From: an uncultured Bacilli bacterium
GTDB taxonomy: Bacteria > Bacillota_I > Bacilli_A > RF39 > UBA660
NCBI GenBank assembly: GCA_944371545.1
Contig: CALVXT010000002.1
Span: 1 to 36,201, forward strand
Length of the DNA stretch: 36,201 bases
Direction of reading: 5' to 3'
The stretch's first letter is position 1; each line of letters begins with the position of its first letter. Below, piece by piece: positions 17,243-26,906 of the stretch. The translations under genes were made by a program, and so were the position numbers. The notes under the pieces were generated by a model. It did not search any database and was not told the DNA's origin. It saw nothing but the letters and a program-made list of their open reading frames with translations.

Positions 17243-18724
17243 TTATATATCATAAGATTTTCTGTTTTCTTGGAAATCATTAATAATTAAATGATTAATT
17301 GATAATAACATACAAGCAATGGATACAGCATTTTTTAACGCATAGCTTACTACTTCTAACGGTTCTATTACATTAGTATTGGAAGTACTTTCAAAGTTAT
17401 TTGTTTTTACATTATATAATATTTGAAAATTTTCTTGTTTGATTCTGGTTAAGATTTCTTCTTTTGAAAGGAAAGCATTTTCCAAAATTTGTTTTAAAGG
17501 CATACTTAAAGCTGTTTGGAGTATTTTTGCTCCTGTTGTTTTTGGTTTTATTTCTTCACTTATCTGGTAAAGACAAATTCCTCCCCCAGGCACTATTCCT
17601 TGTTTGGCTATTTCTAATGCACAAAGAGCATCTTCATAACGCATGATTTTTTCTCTCTTTTCAGTAGTGGTTGATGCTCCAACATAAATTGTAGCTAACC
17701 CATAATGAAGTTTAGCAATTCTTTCGGCTAAAATTTCTTTTTGATAGTCTTCATTACTTTGCTCATATCTTTTCTTTAACATATTTCTTCTTTTAAGAGT
17801 ATTTTGATTACTGTGAAAAGTCACTTTATTTTTAGTGATTTTTACTTTTGAAATTGTTTGATTTTCATCTAATAATGTCTCAATATCCTCAATGATTTCT
17901 TCTTCTATATTTTGATATTCAAACCACTCCACAAGAATAATTTGACATTGGCTTTGAATACTCATTTCTACTAAATTTTCTTTTACATTTTTACTATATC
18001 CTTTTGTTAATAAAAGTACAGTTTCTTGATATTCTATACAATTATTTACTAATAAACTTATTTGTTCTAAATTTTCGATTCTTTCATCTATAAAGAAAAC
18101 TTTGCAATTTTCTAATTCTATTTTTTCTTTTCGAAAAAAATATTCTTCTGGAATTTTGCATTCTAATGTATATCCGTTTATTTTTTCATATGTTGTATTT
18201 TCATCTTTACTTTCTTTTAAAAAGATACTTTCTTTGCTTTTTGTTTTTAAAAATACTTCCGTAGTTATTTCACCAATACTTTCATCATTCGCGGCTACTG
18301 TTGCAATTTTTTGAAAGTCTTTTTTTGTTGGATTTTTTTTGAAAGTTGCTAGTTTCTCTAATATTTCTTGTAAAGTCTCTTCTAATTCTACTTTTAAAAT
18401 TTTTCTATTTGTTACTTTTATTCCTTCTTTTAAAAGTGTTTCTAACAAAACAAGAGTTGTAGTAGTTCCATCCCCTACTACTTCATTTGTTTTTAATGAT
18501 GCTTCTTTAGCAATTTCTAGTATCGTTTCAACTACCATATCTTCACTCGTAATATTTTGAGCAATCGTTACGCCATCATTAGTAATAAAAGGTTCACGAT
18601 CTGATGTATTAATTAAAACATTGTTTCCTTTTGGACCTAATGAATCTTTAACCACTCCACATAAAAGTTCTATACTTTCTATCATTTTTTGTTCTAAAAA
18701 TTCTCCACTTATTACTTTTTTCAT
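17243..18724 (-). CDS. Divergent, short (493 aa) Cpn60/GroEL-family chaperonin-like ATPase
   Basis: Equatorial-domain motifs are retained: LGPKGNNVLI, ITNDGVTIA, VGDGTTTTLVL, EDALCALEIAKQGIVPGGG, VIEPLEVV. The middle (apical) region is shorter and not recognisably GroEL-like. There is no GGM tail and no adjacent groES. The start overlaps the upstream stop by 4 nt. Confidence 0.7.
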   Translation of the reverse strand: MKKVISGEFLEQKMIESIELLCGVVKDSLGPKGNNVLINTSDREPFITNDGVTIAQNITSEDMVVETILEIAKEASLKTNEVVGDGTTTTLVLLETLLKEGIKVTNRKILKVELEETLQEILEKLATFKKNPTKKDFQKIATVAANDESIGEITTEVFLKTKSKESIFLKESKDENTTYEKINGYTLECKIPEEYFFRKEKIELENCKVFFIDERIENLEQISLLVNNCIEYQETVLLLTKGYSKNVKENLVEMSIQSQCQIILVEWFEYQNIEEEIIEDIETLLDENQTISKVKITKNKVTFHSNQNTLKRRNMLKKRYEQSNEDYQKEILAERIAKLHYGLATIYVGASTTTEKREKIMRYEDALCALEIAKQGIVPGGGICLYQISEEIKPKTTGAKILQTALSMPLKQILENAFLSKEEILTRIKQENFQILYNVKTNNFESTSNTNVIEPLEVVSYALKNAVSIACMLLSINHLIINDFQENRKSYDI

Positions 18725-19467
18725 TGTTCATCTTCCATTTCTAAAATATTTTTTCTTTTTTTTTTTGTCATAAAGTTTTGTTGACATTTTTTATTTACTC
18801 TTTCTTTTATTGCAATGGTTTTAAAGAAAGATTTCCATAATTCTTCCATATTCTTTTCTTCAGTATTTTGTTTTAAATCTAACTCTATTTCTTTTCCTTC
18901 TAAAAAATAGCAATTTTTTTGATCATATAGACATAATATATCTCGTTTTTCATCTTTTATAATCCATCTTTCTTTTGGCAGTCTTTTCTTAAAATGATTT
19001 GCTAATATTCCTAAAATATTGTTGTCGGCTGTAAATTCCGCATAAAAAATGTGATTTTGTATTTCTTTAAATCTTAAAAAGCCTTTCCATTTATGTGCTT
19101 CTCTTGAAACTCGTTTAGAAATTGTTAATGCTGTGTTTACGCATTTTAAATTGCGCATATAAAGAACATTTTTTTGATATTTAAGACTATTTAATAGAAA
19201 ATAATAAATAATTAATTCTTTATCTTTTTCATTAGATAAAAACACATAATAAGAAATTTTTAATACTTCTTTAGAAATATATTTTTTTAATGTTAAAGTT
19301 TTGATGTTTATAACCGGTTTAAATGGTGGGCTTAATAAATTGTTTTCATATTGGGTTTCTTCAATGATTTGAAAAGGTTTTCTTTTTTCTTTAAAAAGCC
19401 AGGAAATCACCTTTAATAATTCTTCCCAAGTTCCATCATAGATATACGTAAAATTACTTTCCTTCAT
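18721..19467 (-). CDS. DUF4130 / TIGR03915-type 'probable DNA metabolism protein' (family names from memory)
   Basis: 248 aa with WKGFLRFKE ... FYAEFTADNNILGILANHFKKRLPKERWIIKDEKR, which is the pattern I associate with DUF4130. It overlaps the upstream rSAM gene by 14 nt. Confidence 0.6.
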   Translation of the reverse strand: MKESNFTYIYDGTWEELLKVISWLFKEKRKPFQIIEETQYENNLLSPPFKPVINIKTLTLKKYISKEVLKISYYVFLSNEKDKELIIYYFLLNSLKYQKNVLYMRNLKCVNTALTISKRVSREAHKWKGFLRFKEIQNHIFYAEFTADNNILGILANHFKKRLPKERWIIKDEKRDILCLYDQKNCYFLEGKEIELDLKQNTEEKNMEELWKSFFKTIAIKERVNKKCQQNFMTKKKRKNILEMEDEQ

Positions 19468-20674
19468 AGAACAAACTTAATTGTGTAACACTTTCTTTTT
19501 TTTCTTCTTTTTCTTCTAAAATCAAGTTGCTAGTGATGAAACTTTTTTGAAAACAAGAAATATTGGCAAAATACTTTCCGTCACATAATATGAAATATTT
19601 AGCTCTTTTCAGAGAAATGCCCATTTTTTTTAAATCAGAAAAATGAATTGTAAAAAAACGTCTTGATGAAATTATTTTTTTGGCTCCCGTTGGTCCAATC
19701 CCTGGAACTTTTACTAAATCATAATAAGATGCTTTGTTTATTTCTTTTGGAAATTCTTCTAAATGTCTTAATGCCCAGTCAGCTTTGGGATCTAGTAAAA
19801 CATTAAAATTTGGATTGTCTTTTTCTAATAAATCATCTACTTTAAAATTATAATATCTAAGCAACCAGTCGGCTTGATACAAACGGTTTTCTCTTTTTAA
19901 TGGGGGCATTTTGATGCTTGGTAGATTTTTATCTTTATTGACAGCAATATAGGCTGAATAAAAAACTCTTTTTAGTTGATAAGTTTGATAAAGATTACTA
20001 CTTTTTGACATAATATCTAAATCTGTTTCATTTGTGGCTCCGATTATCATTTGCGTACTTTGGCCTGCTGGAGTAAAGATTTTGCTTTTTTTCTTTTTAA
20101 CAAAACTCATAATTTCTGTTACTTTTGAAGTATTTTTGTCGGGCGCGAGTAAGGTTAAGCCATTTTCTGTAGGAAGTTCAATATTGGCACTTAATCTATC
20201 TACTAATAATCCTAATTTTTGAATTAAGTATTCACTGGCACCTGGAATTGCTTTCGCATGAATGTACCCATTGAAATGATATTTGTTTCGCAACAAAGAA
20301 ATTGTTTCAATCATTTTCTCCATAGTATAATCAGGGCTTTTTATGATTCCTGAAGATAAAAATAATCCTTCAATATAATTTCTTTTATAGAAATTTATAG
20401 TAATTGATGCGATTTCTTCTGGTGTAAAAATAGCACGCCTTACTTGATTGCTTTTGCGATTAATACAGTATTTGCAATCAAAAATACAACAATTTGTCAT
20501 CAAAATTTTTAATAAAGAGATGCATCTTCCGTCCGAGGAAAAAGAATGACAAATTCCAGAAATGGCTCCATTACCTATTCCATTTTTATTTTTTCTTGCA
20601 CTGCCACTTGAAGAACAAGAAACATCATATTTGGCACTATCGGCTAAAATTTCTAATTTTTCTTTTAAAGTCAT
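19454..20674 (-). CDS. Putative DNA modification/repair radical SAM protein (TIGR03916-like) with C-terminal helix-hairpin-helix
   Basis: CIFDCKYC (CxxxCxxC) and an HhH-like VPGIGPTGAKKIISSRR. The usual partner, DUF4130, is immediately downstream. Start is either ATG 20674 (MTLKEKLEIL) or the ORF-track GTG at 20683. Confidence 0.7.
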   Translation of the reverse strand: MTLKEKLEILADSAKYDVSCSSSGSARKNKNGIGNGAISGICHSFSSDGRCISLLKILMTNCCIFDCKYCINRKSNQVRRAIFTPEEIASITINFYKRNYIEGLFLSSGIIKSPDYTMEKMIETISLLRNKYHFNGYIHAKAIPGASEYLIQKLGLLVDRLSANIELPTENGLTLLAPDKNTSKVTEIMSFVKKKKSKIFTPAGQSTQMIIGATNETDLDIMSKSSNLYQTYQLKRVFYSAYIAVNKDKNLPSIKMPPLKRENRLYQADWLLRYYNFKVDDLLEKDNPNFNVLLDPKADWALRHLEEFPKEINKASYYDLVKVPGIGPTGAKKIISSRRFFTIHFSDLKKMGISLKRAKYFILCDGKYFANISCFQKSFITSNLILEEKEEKKESVTQLSLFYEGK

Positions 20675-20691
20675 AGGTATCACCGGACAAT

Positions 20692-20721
20692 ATTATACCA
20701 CACAACACGAATATTTGTTTG
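20692..20721 (-). promoter_or_regulatory. Extended -10 promoter with an overlapping LexA (Cheo)-box-like palindrome
   Basis: Minus strand TGgTATAAT (20692-20700). On the plus strand CGAATATTTGTTTG at 20708-20721, against the Firmicutes consensus CGAAC-N4-GTTCG (two C-to-T departures in the arms). Confidence 0.3.
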
Positions 20722-20758
20722 CTAATTTTTACCAAAAAAAATTCCTTTGACAAGGAAA

Positions 20759-21235
20759 CTAATTTTGAACATTTGCTAAAATATATTCTTTTGCTTCTTC
20801 TAAGGATATACCAAAGACCGTGGCAATTTCTGAATATAATAAATTTTCGGCTAGTGTAAAATATTTGTTATCTTTTTCACTTATTTTTTTATTATTGTTT
20901 AAGCGATCTTGATTTCTTTTATAGGTTGTTTTAATAATTCTAATTAAGTCCTCTTTACTTCCTGAGTGATATAATCTTTTGTATTCATTTTCTAATAGTT
21001 TGTCTTCAATATCAATTAATGGAATGGATGGCATTAAAGCAATTAAATTTTTGATTTCTTCTTTAGTCATTAAGTTCTTAATATTTGGATTATTTACGGG
21101 TACATTTAATTTTAATGATGAATCTGTTACTGGTACCAAAATAAAACTTTCTAAATTCGTAAATTCATTAATTTTTTGTTCTTTGATTTGACAAACTTGT
21201 TCTTGATAAATGACATAATCTCCAACTTTTAACAT
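20759..21235 (-). CDS. CarD/CdnL-family RNA-polymerase-binding regulator
   Basis: The start is moved to ATG 21235 (MLKVGDYVIY, RBS gaggggag 7 nt upstream); the ORF-track start is a TTG. The protein has a CarD_TRCF-like N-terminal beta domain and a helical C-terminus, about 158 aa in total. Confidence 0.65.
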   Translation of the reverse strand: MLKVGDYVIYQEQVCQIKEQKINEFTNLESFILVPVTDSSLKLNVPVNNPNIKNLMTKEEIKNLIALMPSIPLIDIEDKLLENEYKRLYHSGSKEDLIRIIKTTYKRNQDRLNNNKKISEKDNKYFTLAENLLYSEIATVFGISLEEAKEYILANVQN

Positions 21236-21254
21236 ATGTAAACTCCCCTCTAAC

Positions 21255-21293
21255 AAAAAAGCTATTCAACTGGTTTTACGCCCATGAATAGCT
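21255..21293 (-). terminator. Intrinsic terminator after the ligD-like gene
   Basis: Perfect 9-bp stem agctattca / tgaatagct with a 16-nt loop, followed on the minus strand by T5-6. Confidence 0.5.
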
Positions 21294-21355
21294 ACACGTT
21301 GTACTTTTATTATACCACTTTTTTTAAAATTTTTCTTGGGATTTTTTTTGCTTTT

Positions 21356-22708
21356 TTATAAAAAATCTTTTAATTCTTGCCATGGATCTTGTCTATTTAA
21401 TCTTTTGATTGCTTCTTTCATTGTTATTTCATTTGGTTTTACTTTATCTAATTCACTCCATTTAATAGGCATGGAAACAGGAATATTTTTTCTTAAACGA
21501 ACTGAGTACGGAGCAACACTTGTGGCTTTTTCGGTATTTCGAACCCAATCAATAAAAATTTTGTTTCTTCTTTTCTTTTTACTCATATTACTCGTATATT
21601 TTTCAGGCCATTTTTTCTCCATTAGGTTAGCAATATTTTTTGCGAAATTTCGAAAATCATTCCAACTTTTCATCGGCAATGGAACCACTATATGATACCC
21701 TTTTCCTCCGCTTGTTTTTAAAAAAGCTGGTAATTTTAATTCATCTAAAATACTTTTTAAATCTTTTACTCCTTCACGAACTTTTTCTAGAGAAAGTTTT
21801 TCGTCTGGGTCTAAATCAAAAATCATTAAGTTTGGTTTTTTTATTTTAGGAACAGTACTTCCCCAAATATGAAATTCATAACTATTCATTTGAACTTCTG
21901 ATAAGATACCTTGTGTATCTTTAATATAATAGTAGTCTTCTTTTTTTCCTTTATCATTCGTTATTTTTATTTTTCCTAAATAGTTATCGATATTTTCAAA
22001 ATGTTTTTTATAAAATTTTGTTTTTTCTATACCTTGTGGACTTCTTATCGTGCTTATTAGTCTATTTTTTATATAAGGAAGCATACGTTCTGCTATTTTT
22101 TCATAATAAGAAAATATATCTTTTTTGGTAATTTTATTTTTTTTATCAATCATCTTTTCTGAATTTGTTAGGATGATTTTTCCAGCAATTTCTTCCATAG
22201 TTTTCCCACTTCGAATGCTCGTTGTAAAGTTTTTTATATCTTGAAATGGTTCTTCATCTTTTTCTTTAATCAAAAGCCAATTTTCTTCTTTAAATGGAAT
22301 TAATGTCCAATGTCCTTTTAATCTTTTCCCATGTAAAAGAAATTTTATGGGCTTTTTGAAAGAAACTGTTGAACTTATTGGTTCCCAGTATCCTTCATCC
22401 CAAATCATCACTGTACCTCCACCATATTCTCCTTTTGGAATAGTTCCTTCAAAATTTCGATAATTCAAAGGATGATCCTCTACTTTTACGGCTAATCGCC
22501 TATCTTTCGAATTATAAGAAGGTCCTTTTGGCACTGCCCAACTTTTTAAAACGCCATGCCATTCTAATCTTAAATCAAAGTGGTCTTTTCTTGCTAAGTG
22601 ATGTTGAACAACAAAATGAAGTTTTTTGGTACTTTTTTGTTTTTTTCCTATTGGTTCTTTTGTCTTTTTAAAATTTCTTTTTTTATTATATTTTTGTAAT
22701 TCACGCAT
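21356..22708 (-). CDS. LigD-type 3'-phosphoesterase + AEP polymerase/primase fusion (no ligase domain)
   Basis: N-terminal PE domain: KRNFKKTKEP, VVQHHLARKDHFDLRLEW, GTIPKGEYGGGTV. C-terminal LigD-Pol domain: MIFDLDPDE, KTSGGKGYHIVVPL, IFIDWVRN. Confidence 0.8.
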   Translation of the reverse strand: MRELQKYNKKRNFKKTKEPIGKKQKSTKKLHFVVQHHLARKDHFDLRLEWHGVLKSWAVPKGPSYNSKDRRLAVKVEDHPLNYRNFEGTIPKGEYGGGTVMIWDEGYWEPISSTVSFKKPIKFLLHGKRLKGHWTLIPFKEENWLLIKEKDEEPFQDIKNFTTSIRSGKTMEEIAGKIILTNSEKMIDKKNKITKKDIFSYYEKIAERMLPYIKNRLISTIRSPQGIEKTKFYKKHFENIDNYLGKIKITNDKGKKEDYYYIKDTQGILSEVQMNSYEFHIWGSTVPKIKKPNLMIFDLDPDEKLSLEKVREGVKDLKSILDELKLPAFLKTSGGKGYHIVVPLPMKSWNDFRNFAKNIANLMEKKWPEKYTSNMSKKKRRNKIFIDWVRNTEKATSVAPYSVRLRKNIPVSMPIKWSELDKVKPNEITMKEAIKRLNRQDPWQELKDFL

Positions 22709-22756
22709 AATAAAAACCTCTTTTTTAGTATTCTAAAAAAAAGGCTTTTTATACTA

Positions 22757-23368
22757 TTAAGCTTTTTTAGGACTCTTTTTATTTAATGTATAGCCCATAA
22801 TTAATATTAAAACAATTACTACTCCAAAAATAAACGCTAAAACAATTCCAGAAGAACTTTCTTCTTCAGTTTTTACTTCATCTAAATTTCCACTTTCGAC
22901 TTCTGCTACGACATCATAAGGGTTTTCTTCAGCAGCATATTCTTCAATTGTTTCAATAATTTCTTCATCATCTGAAGAAGCGTATCCATTAAAGACTTTT
23001 GTTCCAATTACCATGTAAGGATATCCTGAAACTTCGTCACCAAATTTTGCTCCAACTTTTTCATATAAATCCCAGTTATCTGTGTTATCGGCAACTTCAT
23101 AAACTACAAAGTTTACTTTATCTTGGTATTCTTCAGCGATGGTTCCTAGAAAAGTTAATAGTCTTTGGCAATAGCCACAGCCATTTCCTCTAAAAATATA
23201 TATGTCTGGTAAATCTTCTGATGGTTCTTTTTCTTCAAAATCGCATGTTAATTCTTCCGTATCACAAGCTTCTTTTAAGGTTTCTGTGACCACTTCAGCA
23301 TTTGCTACTCCGATGAAAAAGAATGAAGAAAGAATAAGTAAAGTAGTAATTATTCCTTTTTTTATCAT
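22757..23368 (-). CDS. Exported, C-terminally membrane-anchored thioredoxin-fold protein (CGYC active site)
   Basis: N-terminal signal/TM segment, FRGNGCGYCQRLL CxxC motif, a very acidic linker, and a C-terminal TM segment followed by KKSPKKA. Confidence 0.6.
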   Translation of the reverse strand: MIKKGIITTLLILSSFFFIGVANAEVVTETLKEACDTEELTCDFEEKEPSEDLPDIYIFRGNGCGYCQRLLTFLGTIAEEYQDKVNFVVYEVADNTDNWDLYEKVGAKFGDEVSGYPYMVIGTKVFNGYASSDDEEIIETIEEYAAEENPYDVVAEVESGNLDEVKTEEESSSGIVLAFIFGVVIVLILIMGYTLNKKSPKKA

Positions 23369-23411
23369 TTGTACATCACTCCCTAGATAAGTATAGCATA
23401 AAACATCAAAA

Positions 23412-23436
23412 GAAAAAGGAAAAATTCTCCTTTTTC
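23412..23436 (-). terminator. Intrinsic terminator after PFOR
   Basis: Perfect 9-bp stem gaaaaagga / tcctttttc with a 7-nt loop, followed on the minus strand by TTTTGATGTTTT. Confidence 0.6.
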
Positions 23437-23454
23437 ACAAAATTTTCATTTAAT

Positions 23455-26400
23455 TTATTGATTATCAGCAATCTTTTTATAATATTGATATCTTTTCATG
23501 GCCGAAGCTTTGTTATCTTCTAATAATGCACTCGCCATTTCTTTATTTTTTATACTTAAAGAACGATATCTGACTTCTCTTTCTAGGAAATCATGATATT
23601 TCTCAAAGTCTGGTGTTTTTGAATCAATATATAATTTTTCGTCTTCTGGTTTGTAGCGCATTAAAATTGTATATCCAACTTCAACAGCAAGTTTTTGCTC
23701 TTCTGTTGTACAACTCATCCCGCCTTTAATACCATGTTCAATACAAGGAGCATAAGCAATGATAATACTTGGTCCTTGATGGGCCTCGGCTTCTTTAAAC
23801 ACTTTTAAAGTTTGCATCATATTTGCCCCTAAAGAGATACTTGCCACGTAACAATTTGGATAACTCATAGCTATTCTAAATAAATCCTTCTTATGAGAGC
23901 GTTTTCCTAAATCGGCAAATTCAGCAACTTGGCCAATATGACTGGATTTACTCATTTGTCCACCTGTATTTGAATATACTTCGGTATCTAAGACTAAAAT
24001 TTTAATATTTTCTTCTGATGATAAAACATGATCAATTCCTCCAAAGCCGATGTCATAAGCCCAGCCATCTCCTCCGATTGCCCAGACTGTTCTTGCAGGA
24101 ATATAATCTAATAGACTTTTTAAATTTCCAATGTTATTTTCTTTAGATAGTTCCTCTTTAATTTTAGCTGTCACTTCATAATCGTTTTTGTTATCAAGCC
24201 ATTTTTGATATAATTCTTTCGTTTTTTCTGGAACATTTTCTAGATTTTCTCGCATAATTTTTTCAATACGTTTTCTTTTATTTTGATATGATAAATGCAT
24301 ACCATAAGCAAATTCAGCATTATCTTCAAAAAGACTATTTGCCCACGGAATTGTATAAGGTGTTGATGGCGCGCTTCCTCCATAAATTGAAGAACATCCG
24401 GTTGCGTTTGCTAAAACGATTTGTTCGCCATAAAGTTGAGTTAGTAACCTAATATAAGATGTCTCTCCACATCCAGCACATGCGCCTGAGAATGCAAATT
24501 CCGGTTTTAACATTTGACTACCCTTAATTGTATATTTTGGAAAAACTTCTGGATTTTTGTAAGAATCAAAATACTTGTTAGCTATTTGTTGTTTCTCTTC
24601 TTCGTATGAACCTAGATATAAAGCCTTTTTTCCATTTTTTCCTGGACAAATTTTTACACAAAGACCACATCCAGTACAATCCGCTTCAGATACGCTTATT
24701 AAATAATGATAATCTGTAGCTCCCATAGCAATAGGTCCTTGCTCTTCCTTTACTAAGAATGGTCTTATTACGGCATGAGGACAAACAAAGGAACACATAC
24801 CACATTGAATACAATTTTCAGGAATCCATTTGGATACTAGACCAGAAATTTTTCTCTTTTCTTTACTAGAAAGTCCACCTGGAAATTTTCCTTTACTTAA
24901 TGGTAAGACTTCTTTTACAGTCAATTCATTGCCTAAACGAGCATTCATTTTTTCGATGATATTTTGAGGAATATTTTCTTTATTCACATTTACATCTTTG
25001 TCTGTGACTACTAACTTTCTTACCATCTTTAAAGCTTCAGCAATGGCATTTTGATTATTTTTAACAACGTCTTCTCCTTTTGTTTTAAAACTTTTTTCAA
25101 TTGAGTCATTTAATTTTTGGATAGCATCTTTTTCTCCTAGTAAATTTAAAATAATAATTTCCATAATCTTACTGATTTTTCCTGGAATATGATTTTTCAT
25201 GGCTATTTCATCAGCATCGATTGTTAGGATTCTTAAATTTTTGTTTATAATATTTTGAATATCTGAAGACGACATTTTTTCTAAACATTTTTGTTCATCT
25301 TTGGTATTGATAAGCAGAATGCTATTCGGTTTTGCTTTGTTTAGGATTTGATATTTTTCAAAATATTCATCTTTTGTTACAACTGTTAAATCTGATGCGG
25401 TAACATAGTATGGTGCATGGATTTTTTCTTTCCCTATTCTTAAATGACTAACTGTTACTCCACCACTTTTTTTTGAATCATATTCAAAATATCCTTGAAC
25501 ATAATTTTCTTCACCCATAATGTGCATAATGTCTTTACTAGCTGATACCATACCATCTGAACCAAAACCATAAATTTGAATTTCATAAGCATTTAGATTA
25601 ATTTCATAGTCTTCTCTTTTTAAACTTGTATGATTTACATCATCTATAATTCCAATAGTAAAGTTATTTATAAGTTTTGTTTCTAACATTTTATATACTG
25701 CATAAATATCACTTGGTGTAGTATTTTTGCTAGATAATCCATATCTTCCTCCGACAATTTCAATCTCTTTGTCTTTTAATGTTGCTACTACATCTAAATA
25801 TAATGGTTCACCTGTGCTTCCTGATTCTTTTGTCCGATCTAAAACAGCGATTCTTTTTACTGTATCAGGTAAAACATTTTCTAAATATTTTTTGCTAAAA
25901 GGACGATATAGGTGAACAATAATGCAGCCTATTTTTTCGCCTTTTTTCATTTCTTTTTCGACCACAAGTTTTATTGTGTCGGTCACACTTCCCATAGCTA
26001 CGATGATTCTTTCCGCATCAGAGGCTCCAAAGTATTCAAAAGGTGCATAATGAGTATCTGCTAATGTGTTGATTTTTTGCATATAAGTGTTTACAATATC
26101 AGGCATTTGTTCATAAAGTGGAGTTCTGGCTTCCATGCTTTGAAAATAAATATCTTCGGTTTCAGACATCCCATATTGTTTCGCTTCTCCAATATTTAAA
26201 GAACGTTCTTTAAATTCTTTTAATTTTTGTTCATCTACTAATGCAATTAAATTTTCACGGCTTAAAGGGTTTAGCACGTTTAATTCATGACTGGTACGAA
26301 AGCCATCAAAAAAATGAAGAAATGGCAAAGATCCTTTAATGCTTGATAAATGAGCAACTGCCGCTAAATGATAAGCTTCCTCAACATTTGAACTTGCTAA

Positions 26401-26811
26401 CATACAAAAACCTGTTTGTCTTGCCGCATAGATATCTGAATGATCTCCGAAAATGGATAAAGCATGTGTAGCTATTGTTCTTGATGCAACATGAATTACT
26501 CCTGGTAAGCATTCACCAGCAATTTTATACATATTTGGAATCATTAATAGTAACCCTTGACTTGCTGTAAAAGTTGAAGCAAGAGAACCAGCTAAAAGTG
26601 CTCCATGCATCGCTCCAGCGGCACCTGCTTCTGATTGCATTTCGGTTACATGGACAATATCATTAAATAAGTTTTTTACTTGTTTGCTACTTTGAGCATC
26701 CATATTGCTTGCCATCGGACTTGAAGGCGTGATTGGATAGATACTTGCTACTTCGCTAAAAAGATAGGCCATCATTGAACATGCTGTATTACCATCTACA
26801 ATTTGTTTCAT
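23455..26811 (-). CDS. nifJ: Pyruvate:ferredoxin (flavodoxin) oxidoreductase
   Basis: 1118-aa single-chain PFOR. Two ferredoxin motifs (CIQCGMCSFVCPH and CTGCGLCVKICPG) and a TPP-binding block GGDGWAYDIGFGG. Confidence 0.9.
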   Translation of the reverse strand: MKQIVDGNTACSMMAYLFSEVASIYPITPSSPMASNMDAQSSKQVKNLFNDIVHVTEMQSEAGAAGAMHGALLAGSLASTFTASQGLLLMIPNMYKIAGECLPGVIHVASRTIATHALSIFGDHSDIYAARQTGFCMLASSNVEEAYHLAAVAHLSSIKGSLPFLHFFDGFRTSHELNVLNPLSRENLIALVDEQKLKEFKERSLNIGEAKQYGMSETEDIYFQSMEARTPLYEQMPDIVNTYMQKINTLADTHYAPFEYFGASDAERIIVAMGSVTDTIKLVVEKEMKKGEKIGCIIVHLYRPFSKKYLENVLPDTVKRIAVLDRTKESGSTGEPLYLDVVATLKDKEIEIVGGRYGLSSKNTTPSDIYAVYKMLETKLINNFTIGIIDDVNHTSLKREDYEINLNAYEIQIYGFGSDGMVSASKDIMHIMGEENYVQGYFEYDSKKSGGVTVSHLRIGKEKIHAPYYVTASDLTVVTKDEYFEKYQILNKAKPNSILLINTKDEQKCLEKMSSSDIQNIINKNLRILTIDADEIAMKNHIPGKISKIMEIIILNLLGEKDAIQKLNDSIEKSFKTKGEDVVKNNQNAIAEALKMVRKLVVTDKDVNVNKENIPQNIIEKMNARLGNELTVKEVLPLSKGKFPGGLSSKEKRKISGLVSKWIPENCIQCGMCSFVCPHAVIRPFLVKEEQGPIAMGATDYHYLISVSEADCTGCGLCVKICPGKNGKKALYLGSYEEEKQQIANKYFDSYKNPEVFPKYTIKGSQMLKPEFAFSGACAGCGETSYIRLLTQLYGEQIVLANATGCSSIYGGSAPSTPYTIPWANSLFEDNAEFAYGMHLSYQNKRKRIEKIMRENLENVPEKTKELYQKWLDNKNDYEVTAKIKEELSKENNIGNLKSLLDYIPARTVWAIGGDGWAYDIGFGGIDHVLSSEENIKILVLDTEVYSNTGGQMSKSSHIGQVAEFADLGKRSHKKDLFRIAMSYPNCYVASISLGANMMQTLKVFKEAEAHQGPSIIIAYAPCIEHGIKGGMSCTTEEQKLAVEVGYTILMRYKPEDEKLYIDSKTPDFEKYHDFLEREVRYRSLSIKNKEMASALLEDNKASAMKRYQYYKKIADNQ

Positions 26812-26906
26812 AAATTCACATCCTATTCTTGTTTTATTATATCATGATTTTTTTATTTTCTGATAACAGATTTAAAAAATATGTTAAAGTTAGCTCAAAA
26901 GAATTT

